UHGV virus genome: UHGV-0296494
Direction: 5' to 3' (one strand)
DNA from: a virus
Length of the DNA stretch: 29,054 nt
The stretch's first letter is position 1. Each line of letters opens with the position of its first letter. The notes under the pieces are model-generated. The model worked only from the letters and a program-made list of their open reading frames with translations, was not told the DNA's origin and did no database searches. The translations under genes and the position numbers were made by a program. Positions 20,707 to 29,054 of this stretch are shown here, piece by piece.

Positions 20707-21732
20707 ATGTCGATGTACACAACCGCCCAGCTGCTGGCGGCAAATGAGCAGAAATTTAAGTTTGATCCGCTGTTTCTGCGTCTCTTTTTCCGTGAGAGCT
20801 ATCCCTTCACCACGGAGAAAGTCTATCTCTCACAAATTCCGGGACTGGTAAACATGGCGCTGTACGTTTCGCCGATTGTTTCCGGTGAGGTTATCCGTTC
20901 CCGTGGCGGCTCCACCTCTGAATTTACGCCGGGATATGTCAAGCCGAAGCATGAAGTGAATCCGCAGATGACCCTGCGTCGCCTGCCGGATGAAGATCCG
21001 CAGAATCTGGTGGACCCGGCTTACCGCCGCCGTCGCATCATCATGCAGAACATGCGTGACGAAGAGCTGGCCATTGCTCAGGTCGAAGAGATGCAGGCAG
21101 TTTCTGCCGTGCTTAAGGGCAAATACACCATGACCGGTGAAGCCTTCGATCCGGTTGAGGTGGATATGGGCCGCAGTGAGGAGAATAACATCACGCAGTC
21201 CGGCGGCACGGAGTGGAGCAAGCGTGACAAGTCCACGTATGACCCGACCGACGATATCGAAGCCTACGCGCTGAACGCCAGCGGTGTGGTGAATATCATC
21301 GTGTTCGATCCGAAAGGCTGGGCGCTGTTCCGTTCCTTCAAAGCCGTCAAGGAGAAGCTGGATACCCGTCGTGGTTCTAATTCCGAGCTGGAGACAGCGG
21401 TGAAAGACCTGGGTAAAGCGGTGTCCTATAAGGGGATGTATGGCGATGTGGCCATCGTCGTGTATTCCGGACAGTACGTGGAAAACGGCGTCAAAAAGAA
21501 CTTCCTGCCGGACAACACGATGGTGCTGGGGAACACTCAGGCACGCGGTCTGCGCACCTATGGCTGCATTCAGGATGCGGACGCACAGCTCGAAGGCATT
21601 AACGCCTCTGCCCGTTACCCGAAAAACTGGGTGACCACCGGCGATCCGGCGCGTGAGTTCACCATGATTCAGTCAGCACCGCTGATGCTGCTGGCTGACC
21701 CTGATGAGTTCGTGTCCGTACAACTGGCGTAA
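20707..21732 (+). CDS. E: Major capsid protein E
   Basis: 341 aa from ATG 20707 (MSMYTTAQLLAANEQKFKFDPLFLRLFFRESYPF...). The track ORF begins at an upstream alternative start. Confidence 0.97.
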   Translation: MSMYTTAQLLAANEQKFKFDPLFLRLFFRESYPFTTEKVYLSQIPGLVNMALYVSPIVSGEVIRSRGGSTSEFTPGYVKPKHEVNPQMTLRRLPDEDPQNLVDPAYRRRRIIMQNMRDEELAIAQVEEMQAVSAVLKGKYTMTGEAFDPVEVDMGRSEENNITQSGGTEWSKRDKSTYDPTDDIEAYALNASGVVNIIVFDPKGWALFRSFKAVKEKLDTRRGSNSELETAVKDLGKAVSYKGMYGDVAIVVYSGQYVENGVKKNFLPDNTMVLGNTQARGLRTYGCIQDADAQLEGINASARYPKNWVTTGDPAREFTMIQSAPLMLLADPDEFVSVQLA

Positions 21733-21734
21733 TC

Positions 21735-21752
21735 ATGGCCCTTCGGGGCCAT
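21735..21752 (+). terminator. Stem-loop immediately after major capsid gene E
   Basis: ATGGCCC-TTCG-GGGCCAT with UUCG tetraloop followed by TGTTTCTCT. Could be a weak terminator or an mRNA-stabilising 3' hairpin. Confidence 0.35.
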
Positions 21753-21773
21753 TGTTTCTCTGTGGAGGAGTCC

Positions 21774-22172
21774 ATGACGAAAGATGAACTGATTGCCCGT
21801 CTCCGCTCGCTGGGTGAACAACTGAACCGTGATGTCAGCCTGACGGGGACGAAAGAAGAACTGGCGCTCCGTGTGGCAGAGCTGGAAGAGGAGCTTGATG
21901 ACACGGATGAAACTGCCGGTCAGGACACCCCTCTCAGCCGGGAAAATGTGCTGACCGGACATGAAAATGAGGTGGGATCAGCGCAGCCGGATACCGTGAT
22001 TCTGGATACGTCTGAACTGGTCACGGTCGTGGCACTGGTGACGCTGCATACTGATGCACTTCACGCCACGCGGGATGAACCTGTGGCATTTGTGCTTCCG
22101 GGAACGGCGTTCCGTGTCTCTGCCGGTGTGGCAGCCGAAATGACAGAACGTGGCCTGGCCAGAATGCAATAA
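21774..22172 (+). CDS. FI: DNA-packaging protein FI
   Basis: 132 aa from ATG 21774 with GGAGG SD (MTKDELIARLRSLGEQLNRDVSLTGTKEELALRVAELEEELDD...). Confidence 0.9.
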   Translation: MTKDELIARLRSLGEQLNRDVSLTGTKEELALRVAELEEELDDTDETAGQDTPLSRENVLTGHENEVGSAQPDTVILDTSELVTVVALVTLHTDALHATRDEPVAFVLPGTAFRVSAGVAAEMTERGLARMQ

Positions 22173-22183
22173 CGGGAGGCGCT

Positions 22184-22537
22184 GTGGCTGATTTCGATAA
22201 CCTGTTCGATGCTGCCATTGTCCGCGCCGATGAAACGATACGCGGGTACATGGGAACGTCAGCCACCATGACATCCGGTGAGCAGTCCGGCGCAGTAATA
22301 CGTGGTGTTTTTGATGACCCTGAAAATATCAGCTATGCCGGACAGGGCGTGCGCGTTGAAGGCTCCAGCCCGTCCCTGTTTGTCCGGACTGATGATGTGC
22401 GGCAGCTGCGGCGCGGCGACACGCTGACCATCGGTGAGGAAAACTTCTGGATAGACCGGATTTCGACGGATGATGGCGGAAGCTGTCATCTCTGGCTTGG
22501 GCGTGGCGTGCCGCCTGCCGTTAACCGTCGTCGCTGA
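22184..22537 (+). CDS. FII: Head-tail joining protein FII
   Basis: 117 aa, GTG start with GGGAGG SD; product ADFDNLFDAAIVRADETIRGYMGTSATMTSGEQSG.... Confidence 0.9.
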   Translation: MADFDNLFDAAIVRADETIRGYMGTSATMTSGEQSGAVIRGVFDDPENISYAGQGVRVEGSSPSLFVRTDDVRQLRRGDTLTIGEENFWIDRISTDDGGSCHLWLGRGVPPAVNRRR

Positions 22538-22548
22538 AGGGGGGATGT

Positions 22549-23127
22549 ATGGCCATAAAAGGTCTTGAGCAGGCCGTTGAAAACCTCAGCCGTATCAGCA
22601 GAACGGCGGTGCCCGGTGCCGCCGCAATGGCCATTAACCGCGTTGCTTCATCCGCGATATCGCAGTCGGCGTCACAGGTTGCCCGTGAGACAAAGGTACG
22701 CCGGAAACTGGTAAAGGAAAGGGCCAGGCTGAAAAGGGCCACGGTCAAAAATCCGCAGGCCAGAATCAAGGTTAACCGGGGGGATTTGCCCGTAATCAGG
22801 CTGGGTAACGCGCGGGTTGTCCTGTCCCGACGCAGGCGTCGTAAAAAGGGGCAGCGTTCATCCCTGAAAGGTGGCGACAGCGTGCTTGTGGTGGGAAACC
22901 GTCGTATTCCCGGCGCGTTTATTCAGCAACTGAAAAATGGCCGATGGCATGTCATGCAGCGTGTGGCCGGGAAAAACCGTTACCCCATTGATGTGGTGAA
23001 AATCCCGATGGCAGTGCCGCTGACCACGGCGTTTAAACAGAATATTGAGCGGATACGGCGTGAACGTCTTCCGAAAGAGCTGGGCTATGCGCTGCAGCAT
23101 CAACTGAGGATGGTAATAAAGCGATGA
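22549..23127 (+). CDS. Z: Tail completion protein Z
   Basis: 192 aa, MAIKGLEQAVENLSRISRTAVPGAAAMAINRVASS.... Confidence 0.95.
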   Translation: MAIKGLEQAVENLSRISRTAVPGAAAMAINRVASSAISQSASQVARETKVRRKLVKERARLKRATVKNPQARIKVNRGDLPVIRLGNARVVLSRRRRRKKGQRSSLKGGDSVLVVGNRRIPGAFIQQLKNGRWHVMQRVAGKNRYPIDVVKIPMAVPLTTAFKQNIERIRRERLPKELGYALQHQLRMVIKR

Positions 23128-23519
23128 AACATACAGAACTCCGTGCAGCCGTACTGGATGCACTGGAAAAACATGACACCGGGGCGACGCTTTTTGATGG
23201 TCGCCCCGCTGTTTTTGATGAGGAGGATTTTCCGGCAGTTGCCGTTTATCTCACCGGCGCTGAATACACGGGCGAAGAGCTGGACAGCGATACCTGGCAG
23301 GCGGAGCTGCATATTGAAGTTTTCCTGCCTGCTCAGGTGCCGGATTCAGAGCTGGATTCGTGGATGGAGTCCCGGATTTATCCGGTGATGAGCGATGTCC
23401 CGGCACTGTCAGATTTGATCACCAGTATGGTGGCCAGTGGCTATGACTACCGGCGCGACGATGATGCGGGCCTGTGGAGTTCAGCCGATCTGACTTATGT
23501 CATTACCTATGAAATGTGA
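23124..23519 (+). CDS. U: Tail terminator protein U
   Basis: 131 aa, [54 protein letters not shown]...; ATGA overlap with Z. Confidence 0.95.
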   Translation: MKHTELRAAVLDALEKHDTGATLFDGRPAVFDEEDFPAVAVYLTGAEYTGEELDSDTWQAELHIEVFLPAQVPDSELDSWMESRIYPVMSDVPALSDLITSMVASGYDYRRDDDAGLWSSADLTYVITYEM

Positions 23520-23526
23520 GGACGAT

Positions 23527-24267
23527 ATGCCTGTACCAAATCCAGTAATGCCGGTGAAAGGGGCCGGGACCACCCTGTGGGTTTATAAGGGGAACGGTGA
23601 CCCTTATGCGAACCCGCTTTCAGACGTTGACTGGTCGCGTCTGGCTAAAGTTAAAGACCTGACGCCCGGCGAACTGAGCGCTGAGTCCTATGACGACAGC
23701 TATCTCGATGATGAAGATGCGGACTGGACTGCGACCGGGCAGGGGCAGAAATCTGCCGGAGATACCAGCTTCACGCTGGCGTGGATGCCCGGAGAGCAGG
23801 GGCAGCAGGCGCTGCTGGCGTGGTTTAATGAAGGGGATACCCGTGCCTATAAAATCCGCTTCCCGAACGGCACGGTCGATGTGTTCCGCGGCTGGGTCAG
23901 CAGTATCGGTAAGGCGGTGACGGCGAAGGAAGTGATCACCCGCACGGTGAAAGTCACCAACGTGGGACGTCCGTCGATGGCAGAAGATCGCAGCACGGTG
24001 ACGGCGACAACCGGCATGACGGTGACACCCGCCAGTGCTTCCGTAGTGAAAGGGCAGAGCACTACGCTGACCGTGGCATTCCAGCCGGAGGGCGCAACCG
24101 ACAAGAGCTTCCGTGCGGTGTCTGCGGATAAAACAAAAGCCACCGTGTCGGTCAGCGGTATGACCATCACCGTGAACGGCGTTGCTGCAGGCAAGGTCAA
24201 CATTCCGGTTGTATCCGGTAATGGTGAGTTTGCTGCGGTTGCAGAAATCACCGTCACCGCCAGTTAA
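23527..24267 (+). CDS. V: Major tail protein V
   Basis: 246 aa from ATG 23527 ([41 protein letters not shown]...), with C-terminal Ig-like domain. Confidence 0.95.
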   Translation: MPVPNPVMPVKGAGTTLWVYKGNGDPYANPLSDVDWSRLAKVKDLTPGELSAESYDDSYLDDEDADWTATGQGQKSAGDTSFTLAWMPGEQGQQALLAWFNEGDTRAYKIRFPNGTVDVFRGWVSSIGKAVTAKEVITRTVKVTNVGRPSMAEDRSTVTATTGMTVTPASASVVKGQSTTLTVAFQPEGATDKSFRAVSADKTKATVSVSGMTITVNGVAAGKVNIPVVSGNGEFAAVAEITVTAS

Positions 24268-24282
24268 TCCGGAGAGTCAGCG

Positions 24283-24705
24283 ATGTTCCTGAAAACCGAA
24301 TCATTTGAATATAACGGCGTGACCGTCACGCTTTCTGAACTGTCAGCCCTGCAGCGTATTGAGCATCTTGCCCTGATGAAACGGCAGGCAGAACCGGCGG
24401 GATCCGACAGCAACCGGCAGGTTACTGTGGAAGACGTCATCAGAACCGGCGCGTTTCTGGTGGCGATGTCCCTGTGGCATAACCATCCGAAGAAGACGCA
24501 GATGCCGTCCATGAATGAAGCCGTTAAACAGATTGAGCAGGAAGTGCTTACCACCTGGCCCACAGAGGCAATTTCTCATGCTGAAAACGTGGTGTACCGG
24601 CTGTCCGGTATGTATGAGTTTGTGGTGAATAATGCCCCCGAACAGGCAGAGGACGCCGGGCCTGCAGAGCCTGTTTCTGCGGGAAAGTGTTCGACGGTGA
24701 GCTGA
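24283..24705 (+). CDS. G: Tail assembly chaperone G
   Basis: 140 aa, MFLKTESFEYNGVTVTLSELSALQRIEHLALMKRQAEP...; ends ...SAGKCSTVS across the slippery site. Confidence 0.95.
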   Translation: MFLKTESFEYNGVTVTLSELSALQRIEHLALMKRQAEPAGSDSNRQVTVEDVIRTGAFLVAMSLWHNHPKKTQMPSMNEAVKQIEQEVLTTWPTEAISHAENVVYRLSGMYEFVVNNAPEQAEDAGPAEPVSAGKCSTVS

Positions 24706-25121
24706 GTTTTGCCCTGAAACTGGCGCGTGAGATGGGGCGACCCGACTGGCGTGCCATGCTTGCCGGGATGTCATCCACGGAGTATGCCGACTGGCACCGC
24801 TTTTACAGTACCCATTATTTTCATGATGTTCTGCTGGATATGCACTTTTCCGGGCTGACGTACACCGTGCTCAGCCTGTTTTTCAGCGATCCGGATATGC
24901 ATCCGCTGGATTTCAGTCTGCTGAACCGGCGCGAGGCTGACGAAGAGCCTGAAGATGATGTGCTGATGCAGAAAGCGGCAGGGCTTGCCGGAGGTGTCCG
25001 CTTTGGCCCGGACGGGAATGAAGTTATCCCCGCTTCCCCGGATGTGGCGGACATGACGGAGGATGACGTAATGCTGATGACAGTATCAGAAGGGATCGCA
25101 GGAGGAGTCCGGTATGGCTGA
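24283..25121 (+). CDS. T: Tail assembly chaperone G-T fusion via programmed -1 frameshift at G_GGA_AAG (24681-24687)
   Basis: Slippery heptamer GGGAAAG read in sequence. The -1 frame continues as VFDGELSFALKLAREMGRPDWRAMLAGMSSTEYADWHRF..., the lambda T sequence. Confidence 0.85.
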
Positions 25122-27675
25122 ACCGGTAGGCGATCTGGTCGTTGATTTGAGTCTGGATGCGGCCAGATTTGACGAGCAGATGGCCAGAGTCAGGCGTCAT
25201 TTTTCCGGTACGGAAAGTGATGCGAAAAAAACAGCGGCAGTCGTTGAACAGTCGCTGAGCCGACAGGCGCTGGCTGCACAGAAAGCGGGGATTTCCGTCG
25301 GGCAGTATAAAGCCGCCATGCGTATGCTGCCTGCACAGTTCACCGACGTGGCCACGCAGCTTGCAGGCGGGCAAAGTCCGTGGCTGATCCTGCTGCAACA
25401 GGGGGGGCAGGTGAAGGACTCCTTCGGCGGGATGATCCCCATGTTCAGGGGGCTTGCCGGTGCGATCACCCTGCCGATGGTGGGGGCCACCTCGCTGGCG
25501 GTGGCGACCGGTGCGCTGGCGTATGCCTGGTATCAGGGCAACTCAACCCTGTCCGATTTCAACAAAACGCTGGTCCTTTCCGGCAATCAGGCGGGTCTGA
25601 CGGCAGATCGTATGCTGGTCCTGTCCAGAGCCGGGCAGGCGGCAGGGCTGACGTTTAACCAGACCAGCGAGTCACTCAGCGCACTGGTTAAGGCGGGGGT
25701 AAGCGGTGAGGCTCAGATTGCGTCCATCAGCCAGAGTGTGGCGCGTTTCTCCTCTGCATCCGGCGTGGAGGTGGACAAGGTCGCTGAAGCCTTCGGGAAG
25801 CTGACCACAGACCCGACGTCGGGGCTGACGGCGATGGCACGCCAGTTCCATAACGTGACGGCGGAGCAGATTGCGTATGTTGCTCAGTTGCAGCGTTCCG
25901 GCGATGAAGCCGGGGCATTGCAGGCGGCGAACGAGGCCGCAACGAAAGGGTTTGATGACCAGACCCGCCGCCTGAAAGAGAACATGGGCACGCTGGAGAC
26001 CTGGGCAGACAGGACTGCGCGGGCATTCAAATCCATGTGGGATGCGGTGCTGGATATTGGTCGTCCTGATACCGCGCAGGAGATGCTGATTAAGGCAGAG
26101 GCTGCGTTTAAGAAAGCAGACGACATCTGGAATCTGCGCAAGGATGATTATTTTGTTAACGATGAAGCGCGGGCGCGTTACTGGGATGATCGTGAAAAGG
26201 CCCGTCTTGCGCTTGAAGCCGCCCGAAAGAAGGCTGAACAGCAGAGTCAACAGGACAAAAATGCGCAGCAGCAGAGCGATACCGAAGCGTCACGGCTGAA
26301 ATATACCGAAGAGGCGCAGAAGGCTTACGAACGGCTGCAGACGCCGCTGGAGAAATATGCCGCCCGTCAGGAAGAACTGAATAAGGCCCTGAAAGACGGA
26401 AAAATCCTGCAGGCAGATTACAACACGCTGATGGCGGCAGCGAAAAAGGACTATGAAACGACACTGAAAAAGCCGAAGCAGTCCGGCGTGAAGGTGTCTG
26501 CGGGCGATCGTCAGGAAGACAGTGCTCATGCTGCCCTGCTGACGCTTCAGGCTGAACTCCGGACGCTGGAGAAGCATGCCGGAGCAAATGAGAAAATCAG
26601 CCAGCAGCGCCGGGATTTGTGGAAGGCGGAGAGTCAGTTCGCGGTACTGGAGGAGGCGGCGCAACGTCGCCAGCTGTCTGTACAGGAGAAATCCCTGCTG
26701 GCGCATAAAGATGAGACGCTGGAGTACAAACGCCAGCTGGCTGCACTTGGCGACAAGGTTACGTATCAGGAGCGCCTGAACGCGCTGGCGCAGCAGGCGG
26801 ATAAATTCGCACAGCAGCAACGGGCAAAACGGGCCGCCATTGATGCGAAAAGCCGGGGGCTGACTGACCGGCAGGCAGAACGGGAAGCCACGGAACAGCG
26901 CCTGAAGGAACAGTATGGCGATAATCCGCTGGCGCTGAATAACGTCATGTCAGAGCAGAAAAAGACCTGGGCGGCTGAAGACCAGCTTCGCGGGAACTGG
27001 ATGGCAGGCCTGAAGTCCGGCTGGAGTGAGTGGGAAGAGAGCGCCACGGACAGTATGTCGCAGGTAAAAAGTGCAGCCACGCAGACCTTTGATGGTATTG
27101 CACAGAATATGGCGGCGATGCTGACCGGCAGTGAGCAGAACTGGCGCAGCTTCACCCGTTCCGTGCTGTCCATGATGACAGAAATTCTGCTTAAGCAGGC
27201 AATGGTGGGGATTGTCGGGAGTATCGGCAGCGCCATTGGCGGGGCTGTTGGTGGCGGCGCATCCGCGTCAGGCGGTACAGCCATTCAGGCCGCTGCGGCG
27301 AAATTCCATTTTGCAACCGGAGGATTTACGGGAACCGGCGGCAAATATGAGCCAGCGGGGATTGTTCACCGTGGTGAGTTTGTCTTCACGAAGGAGGCAA
27401 CCAGCCGGATTGGCGTGGGGAATCTTTACCGGCTGATGCGCGGCTATGCCACCGGCGGTTATGTCGGTACACCGGGCAGCATGGCAGACAGCCGGTCGCA
27501 GGCGTCCGGGACGTTTGAGCAGAATAACCATGTGGTGATTAACAACGACGGCACGAACGGGCAGATAGGTCCGGCTGCTCTGAAGGCGGTGTATGACATG
27601 GCCCGCAAGGGTGCCCGTGATGAAATTCAGACACAGATGCGTGATGGTGGCCTGTTCTCCGGAGGTGGACGATGA
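25114..27675 (+). CDS. H: Tail tape measure protein H
   Basis: 853 aa, MAEPVGDLVVDLSLDAARFDEQMARVRRHFSGTESDAKKTAAVVEQ...; same length as lambda H. Confidence 0.97.
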   Translation: MAEPVGDLVVDLSLDAARFDEQMARVRRHFSGTESDAKKTAAVVEQSLSRQALAAQKAGISVGQYKAAMRMLPAQFTDVATQLAGGQSPWLILLQQGGQVKDSFGGMIPMFRGLAGAITLPMVGATSLAVATGALAYAWYQGNSTLSDFNKTLVLSGNQAGLTADRMLVLSRAGQAAGLTFNQTSESLSALVKAGVSGEAQIASISQSVARFSSASGVEVDKVAEAFGKLTTDPTSGLTAMARQFHNVTAEQIAYVAQLQRSGDEAGALQAANEAATKGFDDQTRRLKENMGTLETWADRTARAFKSMWDAVLDIGRPDTAQEMLIKAEAAFKKADDIWNLRKDDYFVNDEARARYWDDREKARLALEAARKKAEQQSQQDKNAQQQSDTEASRLKYTEEAQKAYERLQTPLEKYAARQEELNKALKDGKILQADYNTLMAAAKKDYETTLKKPKQSGVKVSAGDRQEDSAHAALLTLQAELRTLEKHAGANEKISQQRRDLWKAESQFAVLEEAAQRRQLSVQEKSLLAHKDETLEYKRQLAALGDKVTYQERLNALAQQADKFAQQQRAKRAAIDAKSRGLTDRQAEREATEQRLKEQYGDNPLALNNVMSEQKKTWAAEDQLRGNWMAGLKSGWSEWEESATDSMSQVKSAATQTFDGIAQNMAAMLTGSEQNWRSFTRSVLSMMTEILLKQAMVGIVGSIGSAIGGAVGGGASASGGTAIQAAAAKFHFATGGFTGTGGKYEPAGIVHRGEFVFTKEATSRIGVGNLYRLMRGYATGGYVGTPGSMADSRSQASGTFEQNNHVVINNDGTNGQIGPAALKAVYDMARKGARDEIQTQMRDGGLFSGGGR

Positions 27676-28001
27676 AGACCTTCCGCTGGAAAGTGAAACC
27701 CGGTATGGATGTGGCTTCGGTCCCTTCTGTAAGAAAGGTGCGCTTTGGTGATGGCTATTCTCAGCGAGCGCCTGCCGGGCTGAATGCCAACCTGAAAACG
27801 TACAGCGTGACGCTTTCTGTCCCCCGTGAGGAGGCCACGGTACTGGAGTCGTTTCTGGAAGAGCACGGGGGCTGGAAATCCTTTCTGTGGACGCCGCCTT
27901 ATGAGTGGCAGCAGATAAAGGTGACCTGCGCAAAATGGTCGTCGCGGGTCAGTATGCTGCGTGTTGAGTTCAGCGCAGAGTTTGAACAGGTGGTGAACTG
28001 A
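27672..28001 (+). CDS. M: Minor tail protein M
   Basis: 109 aa, MKTFRWKVKPGMDVASVPSVRKVRFGDGYSQRAPAGLNANLK...; ATGA overlap with the H stop. Confidence 0.95.
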   Translation: MKTFRWKVKPGMDVASVPSVRKVRFGDGYSQRAPAGLNANLKTYSVTLSVPREEATVLESFLEEHGGWKSFLWTPPYEWQQIKVTCAKWSSRVSMLRVEFSAEFEQVVN

Positions 28002-28699
28002 TGCAGGATATCCGGCAGGAAACACTGAATGAATGCACCCGTGCGGAGCAGTCGGCCAGCGTGGTGCTCTGGGAAATCGACCTGACAGAGGTCGGTGGAG
28101 AACGTTATTTTTTCTGTAATGAGCAGAACGAAAAAGGTGAGCCGGTCACCTGGCAGGGGCGACAGTATCAGCCGTATCCCATTCAGGGGAGCGGTTTTGA
28201 ACTGAATGGCAAAGGCACCAGTACGCGCCCCACGCTGACGGTTTCTAACCTGTACGGTATGGTCACCGGGATGGCGGAAGATCTGCAGAGTCTGGTCGGC
28301 GGAACGGTGGTCCGGCGTAAGGTTTACGCCCGTTTTCTGGATGCGGTGAACTTCGTCAACGGAAACAGTTATGCCGATCCGGAGCAGGAGGTGATCAGCC
28401 GCTGGCGCATTGAGCAGTGCAGCGAACTGAGCGCGGTGAGTGCCTCCTTTGTACTGTCCACGCCGACGGAAACGGATGGCGCTGTTTTTCCGGGACGTAT
28501 CATGCTGGCCAACACCTGCACCTGGACCTATCGCGGTGACGAGTGCGGTTATAGCGGTCCGGCTGTCGCGGATGAATATGACCAGCCAACGTCCGATATC
28601 ACGAAGGATAAATGCAGCAAATGCCTGAGCGGTTGTAAGTTCCGCAATAACGTCGGCAACTTTGGCGGCTTCCTTTCCATTAACAAACTTTCGCAGTAA
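28001..28699 (+). CDS. L: Minor tail protein L
   Basis: 232 aa, MQDIRQETLNECTRAEQSASVVLWEIDLTEVGGERYFFCNEQNEK...; TGATG overlap with M. Confidence 0.97.
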   Translation: MQDIRQETLNECTRAEQSASVVLWEIDLTEVGGERYFFCNEQNEKGEPVTWQGRQYQPYPIQGSGFELNGKGTSTRPTLTVSNLYGMVTGMAEDLQSLVGGTVVRRKVYARFLDAVNFVNGNSYADPEQEVISRWRIEQCSELSAVSASFVLSTPTETDGAVFPGRIMLANTCTWTYRGDECGYSGPAVADEYDQPTSDITKDKCSKCLSGCKFRNNVGNFGGFLSINKLSQ

Positions 28700-28703
28700 T
28701 CCC

Positions 28704-28935
28704 ATGACACAGACAGAATCAGCGATTCTGGCGCACGCCCGGCGATGTGCGCCAGCGGAGTCGTGTGGCTTCGTGGTGAGAACGCCGAAGGGGGAAAGAT
28801 ATTTTCCCTGCGTGAATATCTCCGGTGAGCCGGAGGCGTATTTCCGGATGTCGCCGGAGGACTGGCTGCGGGCAGAGATGCAGGGTGAGATTGTGGCGCT
28901 GGTCCACAGCCACCCCGGTGGTCTGCCCTGGCTGA
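28704..28935 (+). pseudogene. K: Tail tip assembly protein K, 5' portion only (codons 1-77 counted from ATG 28704); reading frame is disrupted at an inversion junction
   Basis: MTQTESAILAHARRCAPAESCGFVV...EIVALVHSHPGGLPWL matches lambda K up to 28935, after which sequence becomes the reverse complement of a later K segment. The lambda-annotated K start corresponds to ATG 28848. Confidence 0.8.
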
Positions 28936-29054
28936 ATTCGGCACCGATGAACCAAAACAGCACAGCAGCACATCGCCCGGTTGTGCTGATGACAACGGCA
29001 CCTGATACAGCCCTGTGGCCTCCAGATTATCCAGATAGAGATTCTGACCGTGAC
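28936..29054 (-). pseudogene. K: Inverted internal fragment of a K gene (encodes ...HGQNLYLDNLEATGLYQVPLSSAQPGDVLLCCFGSSVPN on the minus strand)
   Basis: Reverse complement of 28936-29054 translates in frame to a K-internal peptide nearly identical to lambda K (NLYLDNLEATGLYQVPLSAAQPGDVLLCCFGSSVPN). Abuts the forward K fragment at 28935/28936. Confidence 0.75.

Noticed and set aside
25672-27933. Several long minus-strand ORFs (25672..26250, 26290..26820, 26766..27284, 27268..27933) inside the module-2 tape measure gene
   Set aside because: They lie entirely antisense to the well-supported lambda H gene, have no start or RBS signals, and are expected shadows of a GC-rich, low-stop-codon coding region.
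28934-28939. EcoRI site GAATTC exactly at the K inversion junction as evidence of in vitro cloning
   Set aside because: Each side contributes only part of the site (GA from the forward K piece, ATTC from the inverted piece), and a single 6-bp palindrome at a fwd/rev junction can arise by chance; noted but not treated as proof of an engineered construct.
27899-28963. 354-aa minus-strand ORF spanning L and the K junction
   Set aside because: Antisense to the near-identical lambda L gene; its 5' end is in a different frame from the inverted K fragment, so it does not represent the K-derived reading frame.

Overview
This window holds two phage virion-morphogenesis gene blocks arranged head-to-head, with no tRNA, CRISPR, IS element or integrase detected. 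All calls rest on reading the sequence and recognising protein families from memory; no database search was run. (1) Positions 1-12822, minus strand: an HK97-type packaging/head module (HNH endonuclease, small and large terminase, portal, prohead protease, major capsid protein, connector and adaptor proteins) followed by lambda-type tail genes (major tail protein, G/G-T chaperones, 1077-aa tape measure, M, and a truncated L at the window edge). (2) Positions 14574-29054, plus strand: a block colinear with, and near-identical to, the phage lambda left arm: cos, nu1, A, W, B, C/nu3, D, E, FI, FII, Z, U, V, G/G-T, H, M, L, K. Between them (12823-14573) is a short, visibly AT-rich junction with a TonB-C-like lipoprotein gene, a 40-codon ORF with a near-perfect ribosome-binding site and a perfect 22-bp palindrome, but no lysis, antiterminator or early genes. 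The most unusual observation is a breakpoint inside lambda gene K at 28935/28936, where the forward K 5' part is joined to the reverse complement of a downstream K segment. Together with the head-to-head layout and the inverted homologous L genes at both ends, this points to a rearranged or defective prophage region, or an assembly chimera. Both modules carry recognisable programmed -1 frameshift sites for the G-T tail chaperone, and module 1 has three intrinsic-terminator-like hairpins inside its late operon.
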